A stretch of 34,426 nt of DNA from Gemmatimonadales bacterium (GTDB taxonomy: Bacteria; Gemmatimonadota; Gemmatimonadetes; Gemmatimonadales; GWC2-71-9): the NCBI GenBank assembly GCA_036377655.1, contig DASUXZ010000067.1, forward strand, positions 1-34,426, read 5' to 3'. This document shows, in pieces, positions 28,605-34,426 of the stretch. The position numbers and the translations under genes were made by a program. The number at the start of each line of letters is the position of its first letter. The stretch's first letter is position 1. The notes under the pieces were generated by a model. It had not been told where the DNA came from and did no database searches. It saw only the letters and a list, made by a program, of their open reading frames with translations.

Positions 28605-29960
28605 CTAGGGGTTGAGCCGCCGGAGCCGGCTCACCACGCGCTCGAACTCGGCGCGTGACGAGGGCGTCAGCCGGTAGCGTCCGAATCCCGTCTCGTCGTG
28701 GAAGAGGAGCGACATGCGGAGGTTGATGTAATTCCAGCGGAGCACCCGCCCTCCGACCTGGCCGGGGGACGTCTCGAACGTCTCGTCCGGCTCTCCGACC
28801 GTCACGTAGACTTCGCCGCGGTCGGTGCGCCACCCGGGGATCCCCTCGCCGCGGTACCGCTGGTTGGCCACCGCGAGGCGCGAGAAGTAGGTGTTGAGCG
28901 CCTCGTTCTCGGGCGTGCTGCGGTCGGGATCGGTCTCGCGCCAGAAGGCGCGCCAGAGCATCGGACGATCGGCTTCGGGCGCCTCGCGGATCGAGTCGAG
29001 CATGCGATCCTCGCCGAAATAGCGGAGGAGATCGAGCATCTCGTCGTAGTTCGTCACGACCCAGGCGCTCGAGAACGACACAACCGCCGCGACCTCGCGG
29101 CGGGCGTTCCCTTCCCCGACCGCGAGCCGGAGCGCGCCGAGTGCCAGGCTGTCCGGGCGCAGCTTGAGCACCTGGCTCTCGACCTCCTGGCCGCCGCGGA
29201 ACGAAAGCGAGTCGCGGAAGAGCACGCTGTCGGTGTCCGTGATCATCTCGATCGGCACGCGCGTGGGCCCGGCGAATCCGTACCCTTCCACGTAGGCGAG
29301 GAGCGTATCGCTCCCGAAGCCGATCGAGCCGCGCGGGTTGAGGACGAGGGAGAGCGTGTCGTCCGGCGAGCCCCGGCCGCGCGCCTGATAGACGAGGATC
29401 GGCGCCGTCGTCGAGCCGGTGCCGAAGCTCGGCGCCACGGCGGTGAGCTCCGCGCGGGCGGTGCTGCCGGTGGCGGGATCGCGGAGCGCCGCCGTGACGA
29501 GGTAGCTCCCAGGCTCGAGGCGGAAGGTCTGCTGGAACAGCACGCTCTCCTCGGCGCGCTGGGTTTCCTGGAAGGTCGCGACGCGCACCAGCTCCTCGCG
29601 GTTCACGCTGATCGGCGCCCTTCCCTCCCCCTGCAGCGTCACGTCCACCCGGTAGCGCGCGACGAAGCCGTTCCCTTCCCGCTGAAAGCTGAGGGCGCGG
29701 TTCTCGAGCGAGAGCCCGAGGAGCGCGATCGTCGAGTCCCGCGGCCCCTGCGCAAAGGCGATGCTCCCGACGAACGGCAACGGCTCCCCCGCGGCAAGGC
29801 GCCCGAGGCTCGCGTAGTAGGCCTGCACGTTGAAGAGGCGGGTGAGCGTCTCGGTCGACTGCGTGGTGCGATCCTCGTCCCCGACCCGCCGCCAGCTGCC
29901 GCAGGCGGCGAGCGATCCGAGCGTGAGAGCGAGAAACGCGGAGCGCGCGAGGGGGCGCAT
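28605..29960 (-). CDS. GWxTD domain-containing lipoprotein
   Basis: 451 aa with a lipobox-like LGSLAAC after a signal peptide. The C-terminal domain carries GWRTDRGEVYV (GWxTD signature). Confidence 0.8.
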   Translation of the reverse strand: MRPLARSAFLALTLGSLAACGSWRRVGDEDRTTQSTETLTRLFNVQAYYASLGRLAAGEPLPFVGSIAFAQGPRDSTIALLGLSLENRALSFQREGNGFVARYRVDVTLQGEGRAPISVNREELVRVATFQETQRAEESVLFQQTFRLEPGSYLVTAALRDPATGSTARAELTAVAPSFGTGSTTAPILVYQARGRGSPDDTLSLVLNPRGSIGFGSDTLLAYVEGYGFAGPTRVPIEMITDTDSVLFRDSLSFRGGQEVESQVLKLRPDSLALGALRLAVGEGNARREVAAVVSFSSAWVVTNYDEMLDLLRYFGEDRMLDSIREAPEADRPMLWRAFWRETDPDRSTPENEALNTYFSRLAVANQRYRGEGIPGWRTDRGEVYVTVGEPDETFETSPGQVGGRVLRWNYINLRMSLLFHDETGFGRYRLTPSSRAEFERVVSRLRRLNP

Positions 29961-30103
29961 GGGACCATCCCGAAAGAAGGTGAACCGGCGGGTTACGGTA
30001 CGTCCGCCCTGCGAGGACCGTCAATGGGCCACGTCACCCGCCGGCCGCAGTCCGTAAGCTCTGAACTTGCTGCGCCTTGCGGAAATCACTAGCTTGGCAC
30101 GCC

Positions 30104-30997
30104 ATGAGCTCGGAGAATCACGTAGGCCGCACCATCGCCGGATACCGCCTCGTCAAGCACATTGGCGAGGGGGGCACTGCCACGGTCTACCGCGCCGAGC
30201 ACCCCGAGCAGGGCCTCGCCGCAGTGAAGGTGCTGCGGCCCAAGCTCGCGCAGGATCCCGTGGCCATCAAGCGGTTCCTCCGGGAGGCCGAATTCGGGAA
30301 GCGCGCCGCCCATCCCAAGATCGTCCGCACCTACGATTACGGCGAGGCGGACGGGGTGCACTTCCTCGCGCTCGAATGGGCGGAAGGCGAGCCGCTCGCC
30401 AGTTTCGTCCAGCGGGCCGGCAACCTCGCCCCGGAGCTCGCGGCGACGATCGTGGAGCAGATCGGGAACGCACTCTCCGCGGCGCACAAGGCGGGGATCA
30501 TCCATCGCGATCTCAAGCCGGCCAACATCATGTACAACCCGGCCACCCAGGAAGCGAAGCTGCTCGACTTCGGGATCGCGCGCGACGCGGAAGTGAGCCC
30601 GGAAGAACGGCTTACGCGGGCGGGGTTCTTCGTCGGAACGCTCCAGTACGTGGCGCCGGAGGCGCTGAGCGGCGAGCTCGTGAGCGAGCAGGCCGACGTC
30701 TACAGCCTGGCGACGATCGCCTACTACCTGGTGACCGGGTGCCTCCCGTTCACGGGACGGAGCCCACGGGAGTTGTTCCAGCAACTACTCTCGCAGGCGC
30801 CGGTGCCGCTGAACCAGGCCGTCAAGGGGCTCAAGTTCTCCCCGGCGCTCGAGGACGCGATCATGAAGGGCCTCGAGCGGGACAGGTCCAAGCGGTACAA
30901 GACGGTAGACGAGTTCACCGCGGCTTTCTGCACGGCGGCGCGCAACGAAAAACCCGCCAAGGGCGGATTTCTTTCGTCGCTCTTCGGCCGGAAGTGA
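30104..30997 (+). CDS. Hanks-type Ser/Thr protein kinase (catalytic domain only)
   Basis: 297 aa from the ATG at 30104, with GEGGTATV (G-loop), AVKVL (catalytic Lys), HRDLKPAN, DFG and APE motifs. It has no TM or sensor domain. The track start at 30077 is a TTG extension. Confidence 0.9.
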   Translation: MSSENHVGRTIAGYRLVKHIGEGGTATVYRAEHPEQGLAAVKVLRPKLAQDPVAIKRFLREAEFGKRAAHPKIVRTYDYGEADGVHFLALEWAEGEPLASFVQRAGNLAPELAATIVEQIGNALSAAHKAGIIHRDLKPANIMYNPATQEAKLLDFGIARDAEVSPEERLTRAGFFVGTLQYVAPEALSGELVSEQADVYSLATIAYYLVTGCLPFTGRSPRELFQQLLSQAPVPLNQAVKGLKFSPALEDAIMKGLERDRSKRYKTVDEFTAAFCTAARNEKPAKGGFLSSLFGRK

Positions 30998-31533
30998 GCC
31001 GGGAGCGACTCGAGCAGCTCCTTCTCTCGCGGAGCGTCCAGCGGGGCGATTTCACACTCGCTTCAGGACTCCGCTCCTCCTATTACATCGATTGCCGGCT
31101 CACCACGATGAGCGCCGAAGGCCAGACGCTCATCGGCGCTCTGGGACTCGAGGTCATCCGGGAGGCCGGGTGGAAGCCCGAAGCGATCGGCGGTCTCACG
31201 ATGGGCGCCGATCCGGTGGCGTACGCCATCGCCCGCGCGAGCTGGGAGTCGGCGGAGCCGATCGACGCCTTCAGCGTGCGCAAGGAGGCGAAGGGACACG
31301 GCACGAAGCGGCGCATCGAAGGGAACTTCCGGGGTGGGATGGCGGTGGTGGTCGTGGAGGACGTGATCACGACCGGTGGCTCCGCGCTCGACGCGATCGC
31401 CGCGGTGCGCGAGGCGGGAGGCCGGGTATTGGGAGTGCTGGCCGTGGTGGACAGAGAGCAGGGCGGCAGGGAGCGGATCGAGCGGGAAGCGAGAGTGGTA
31501 GCTCTTACTACTGCTTCAGGACTGGGCCTTTAG
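30994..31533 (+). CDS. pyrE: Orotate phosphoribosyltransferase
   Basis: 179 aa from the GTG at 30994, which overlaps the kinase stop as GTGA. It has the PRPP-binding motif VVVVEDVITTGGS and typical PyrE N-terminal segments (RGDFTLASGLRSSYYID). Confidence 0.88.
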   Translation: MSRERLEQLLLSRSVQRGDFTLASGLRSSYYIDCRLTTMSAEGQTLIGALGLEVIREAGWKPEAIGGLTMGADPVAYAIARASWESAEPIDAFSVRKEAKGHGTKRRIEGNFRGGMAVVVVEDVITTGGSALDAIAAVREAGGRVLGVLAVVDREQGGRERIEREARVVALTTASGLGL

Positions 31534-31546
31534 CGTTTAGCCCGCT

Positions 31547-32113
31547 TTACCCTGTGGCCGGAAGATCGTCGCCCGCCTCGAGGAGTTGCAGCTCCGGCCG
31601 TACCGGTCCCCCGTGCTCGAGCACGTGATCCACTCCCGCCGCCGTGATGGCCCAGGTGCCGTTCTCGAGCCGCTGGATCAATCCGTTTTCCTTGAGATAC
31701 CAGACGTGGAACTTCATGTGTTCCTCCGGGCAGCCGAGGAGCTGCTCGAGGTCCACGATGCCGACGCCCGGCTCCTCGGCATCGTTCCGCCGGGCGGTGT
31801 AGAGGACGGTCATGAGCGCGCTCCGCACCCTCCGGTCGCCGGCGACACCGTCGAGGGCGCTGGCCTGGTCGAAGACTCGCCACCGCTCCTGCCGGCCGCT
31901 CTCGTAGCGCAGGTCGTACGACGCCCGCAACACGGGATCCGACAGCACGCGAAACGCCTCCATCACCGCTGCGAAGCGGTCCGGATCTCCGCTCTCTGCG
32001 TTGTCAGGATGCAGCCGCTTGGCGAGGTGGCGAAAGACCCGGCCGATCGTTTCCGCATCGGCGCGCGGCGAGAGCTGGAGCACTTCGTAATGGTCGGGCA
32101 GGGGAGTGCTCAT
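31547..32113 (-). CDS. J-domain protein with uncharacterised C-terminal domain
   Basis: 188 aa from the ATG at 32113. The J-domain is DHYEVLQL...LAKRLHPDN (HPD motif). It lacks the G/F and zinc-finger regions of DnaJ. An alternative ATG at 32197 would add 28 non-conserved-looking residues. Confidence 0.8.
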   Translation of the reverse strand: MSTPLPDHYEVLQLSPRADAETIGRVFRHLAKRLHPDNAESGDPDRFAAVMEAFRVLSDPVLRASYDLRYESGRQERWRVFDQASALDGVAGDRRVRSALMTVLYTARRNDAEEPGVGIVDLEQLLGCPEEHMKFHVWYLKENGLIQRLENGTWAITAAGVDHVLEHGGPVRPELQLLEAGDDLPATG

Positions 32114-32300
32114 CGCTTCACCGGTCGAGGGAGTCGCCGGCGAGACCGGCAACTCCCGCGCCACGTGGCGGCGCGCGCCGCAAAGCCATATCTTCATGTG
32201 GTATCGGGGCTTGGATGCGGGCCGGGCGCTCCCCGCATCCTGTCGGATTGCGGCATGCGTGGCAGCTCAAGGGAGCGAACCTGAGGCGACTCCGTCGAAC

Positions 32301-32774
32301 ATGACCACCGCCGGGCAGGGAAGGGGCGCATCGCTGCGCCGCGTCGCGGCCGCCGGGATACTCGCGTCCGGCGTCGGGGCGGTGGCGGCCTGGGCGGGCT
32401 ATCTCGCCGTCGTGGCGGCATCGGTCGGGCTCGCCGAGGCGGCCTCGGGAGCGCCGGCGCTCCTCGGGTTCTTTCTCGTCATCGCGTGGCCCATCGCGCT
32501 CGTCGCGACGCTCATCGCCGGGGCCCTGCTGCACCACCTGCTTCGCCGCCAGGGATTGCTCGGTCGCATGCCGGTAACGCTGGCCGCAGGAGCGGTCGGC
32601 GCCGTGCTCTTTCCGCTTGCCTGGCGCGAGCTCGTCTCGCTTCTCGGAGACCTTCCCGGCCTCGTGGTCGCCGTGCTCATCGGGGCGCTGAGCGGTCTCG
32701 CGGCGGGATGGACCTTCTGGGCCGTCGTCTCCGGCGCCGGCACCCCGGATCTTTCCCGTCCGGTTCACTCGTGA
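32301..32774 (+). CDS. Hypothetical integral membrane protein (about 4 TM helices)
   Basis: 157 aa from the ATG at 32301, with four long hydrophobic stretches separated by short charged loops. No family recognised. The track ORF start at 32106 is antisense to the J-protein gene. Confidence 0.5.
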   Translation: MTTAGQGRGASLRRVAAAGILASGVGAVAAWAGYLAVVAASVGLAEAASGAPALLGFFLVIAWPIALVATLIAGALLHHLLRRQGLLGRMPVTLAAGAVGAVLFPLAWRELVSLLGDLPGLVVAVLIGALSGLAAGWTFWAVVSGAGTPDLSRPVHS

Positions 32775-32793
32775 CGATGGCGGAGCCCGCCCG

Positions 32794-33540
32794 ATGACCG
32801 ATCCGCGACGCGCCGACGGCGCACTTCTCGTCCCCGCACTCGTCCTCGCCGTCGGCATCCTCCTCGGCGGGTGGCTCGCGGGGCGGGGGATCGCGCAGGT
32901 GCGGGCGGCGGACCGTTTCGTCACGGTGAAAGGCGTTGCCGAGCGCGAGGTCAAGGCCGACCTCGCGATCTGGCCGCTGCACGTGTCGGCGGCAGCCAAC
33001 GACCTCTCGGCGGCGCAGCGGTCGATCGGCGAGAGCGTGGGGCAGATCCGGCGCTTTCTCGCGCGGCACGGGATCGACACGGCGCAGACGGCGCTGCAGG
33101 ACTTCCAGGTGCTCGACGCGTACGCGAACCAGTACCGTCCCCCCGGCGAGATCGTCACCCGCTACATCGTGCGCCAGACGGTGCTCGTCCGTTCGGACCG
33201 GCCCGACACCGTGCTCGCGGCGAGCCAGCGGCTGAGCGAGCTCGTGGACGCCGGCGTCGTGTTCACCTCGGGCGGCGAGTACGCGGCCACCGGACCCAGC
33301 TTCGTCTTCACCCGCCTCAACGATTTCAAGCCGGCGATGATCGCGGAAGCGACCGCGCAGGCGCGCGAAGCGGCGGCGCAGTTCGCACGCGACGCCGACA
33401 GCGAGCTCGGCGGGATTCGCCGGGCCAACCAGGGCGTCTTCGAGATCCTCCCGCGCGAGCAGGCGGCGGGCATTCGCGAGGAAAGCCAGGTCTACAAGAC
33501 CCTTCGCGTCGTCTCCACCGTCGAGTTCCTCCTCCGCTGA
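32794..33540 (+). CDS. SIMPL domain-containing protein (DUF541)
   Basis: 248 aa with an N-terminal TM anchor, then VTVKGVAEREVKADLA and a C-terminal KTLRVVSTVEFLL pattern as in SIMPL/26-kDa periplasmic immunogenic protein family members. Confidence 0.8.
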   Translation: MTDPRRADGALLVPALVLAVGILLGGWLAGRGIAQVRAADRFVTVKGVAEREVKADLAIWPLHVSAAANDLSAAQRSIGESVGQIRRFLARHGIDTAQTALQDFQVLDAYANQYRPPGEIVTRYIVRQTVLVRSDRPDTVLAASQRLSELVDAGVVFTSGGEYAATGPSFVFTRLNDFKPAMIAEATAQAREAAAQFARDADSELGGIRRANQGVFEILPREQAAGIREESQVYKTLRVVSTVEFLLR

Positions 33541-33546
33541 ACCACG

Positions 33547-34426
33547 TCAGGCCACCCAGGCCTGCCGCAGCAGCTCGACCATCATCTCGGGGTAGCTCCA
33601 CCCGGCCGCTCTTCCCGCCATGGCCACGAGGCTCTCGGCGCCGCCGCGCCCCGGACGCCCGGGGCCGGTGAGATTGGGCTTCAGGTTCACGTCGAACAGC
33701 GTCATCCTGCCGCCCTTCGAGCGCCGGCAGTCGATGCGGATGGCGGCGCGCGCCTCGATGAGCGACCCCGCCGCCTCGCATGCCCCGAGCGCGGCGGCGA
33801 TGCCGGGCGCCGCAGCGGCGCTCCGCTCCATCGCCGCACTGTTCCGCGCGACGGCGACGACGCCGCTGTACGGCGCGATGCCGCGATCATGGCCCTCCCG
33901 GACGACGGGCGGCAGCGCCCAGTGGCGTTCCATCCGTGCGGCGATTCCGCCCAGGCGATAGGTCCCGGGCGGGAGCACGGTCACGGTGATCTCCTCACCG
34001 GGCAGGAACTCCTCCACGAGCGCCCGGGAGCCGTACACCGGGACGTTTCCCTCGGGACCGGGCGCCGTGGCGCCGGCGAGCGCCTCGAGTGCCGACTCGA
34101 GCGCCTCCGGCCCGTCCACCCGGGAGACTCCCTGGCTTCCGCGGCCGCGGAGCGGCTTCACGACGGCCGGCCACCCGATCCCTTCTGCCGCCATGCGCCG
34201 GAGCCGTTCGTCGCGGGTGCCGGCCGACGCATCCGTCACGAGCGCGCGGGGGACGGGAAGCCCGGCTCCGGCGAGGAGCTCGCGCGCCCTCCATTTGTCG
34301 TCGTACCGCCAGGCCAGGGATGGGAGCTGGCCCACGACCGCCGTCCCCACGGGCACCCGCTCGAGCGGATGCCCCGGATGCATGTGCACGTTGGCCCAGA
34401 GCACGCGCGCCCCGGCGGCGAGCGCG
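33547..34426 (-). CDS. ATP-grasp domain protein (D-alanine--D-alanine ligase-like), 5' end possibly outside the window
   Basis: The reading frame stays open to the window edge. It has WPAVVKPLRGRGSQGVSRV and EEFLPGEEITV segments typical of ATP-grasp folds. The first in-window ATG is at 34404, but the true start is uncertain. Confidence 0.7.
   Translation of the reverse strand, partial: ALAAGARVLWANVHMHPGHPLERVPVGTAVVGQLPSLAWRYDDKWRARELLAGAGLPVPRALVTDASAGTRDERLRRMAAEGIGWPAVVKPLRGRGSQGVSRVDGPEALESALEALAGATAPGPEGNVPVYGSRALVEEFLPGEEITVTVLPPGTYRLGGIAARMERHWALPPVVREGHDRGIAPYSGVVAVARNSAAMERSAAAAPGIAAALGACEAAGSLIEARAAIRIDCRRSKGGRMTLFDVNLKPNLTGPGRPGRGGAESLVAMAGRAAGWSYPEMMVELLRQAWVA

Noticed and set aside
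25630-28608. 992-aa plus-strand ORF covering the whole polA locus
   Set aside because: It is antisense to an unambiguous DNA polymerase I. The translation is dominated by R/E/A/G/P/L/V runs with no recognisable motifs. This is a typical high-GC antisense open frame.
28558-30092. 488-aa minus ORF and 464-aa plus ORF overlapping the GWxTD gene
   Set aside because: The GWxTD frame has a lipoprotein signal, the signature motif and balanced composition. The competing frames are R/G/A/P-rich.
30077-30103. TTG start for the Ser/Thr kinase, and a sigma-54-like TGGCAC at 30095-30100
   Set aside because: The ATG at 30104 gives a normal distance to the kinase G-loop. The TGGCAC lies only 4 nt from that ATG, with no TTGC element at the right spacing, so it cannot serve as a -24 box for this gene.

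Overview
This is a very GC-rich 34.4-kb window (about 70% GC in coding regions by eye) that reads as densely packed chromosomal core. The gene content suggests a Gemmatimonadota-like or related Gram-negative lineage: a GWxTD lipoprotein, a patatin-Omp85 fusion, bacilliredoxin and an MMPL transporter. That placement is inference only.

I can support about 36 protein genes:
- Left end: mnmG, a 1-Cys peroxiredoxin, a NatAB-like ABC-2 exporter, a 3Fe-4S ferredoxin and an ICMT-family methyltransferase.
- A complete, tightly coupled Fe-S assembly cluster on the minus strand: sufR-sufB-sufC-sufD-sufS-sufU, followed by a bacilliredoxin and an unknown 90-aa gene.
- Middle: def, a PlpD-like patatin/Omp85 protein, a 7Fe ferredoxin, a thioesterase/alpha-beta-hydrolase fusion, rnd, a DUF59/SufT-like gene, and a matrixin - serine hydrolase - DCC oxidoreductase operon.
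- Right end: an MMPL transporter, a GYF-like membrane protein, an uncharacterised beta-barrel gene coupled to polA, a GWxTD lipoprotein, a short Hanks kinase coupled to pyrE, a J-domain protein, a SIMPL protein and a partial ATP-grasp gene.

I found no rRNA, tRNA, CRISPR array, transposase, integrase or recognisable defence or toxin module. I do not see a convincing novel multi-gene system.

The most unusual signal is a repeat family made of tandem heptamers (GGTGAGA / TCTCACC) arranged as long imperfect hairpins. One copy sits inside the suf operon between sufB and sufC. The other sits between prx and the ABC permease and runs into the permease 3' end.

Secondary curiosities are several non-obvious translational couplings (kinase-pyrE, polA-OMP, matrixin-hydrolase-DCC), two domain fusions, and an unassigned lower-GC spacer of about 270 nt at the left edge. 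Many long ORFs in the track are GC-driven alternate-frame or antisense artefacts and were rejected.
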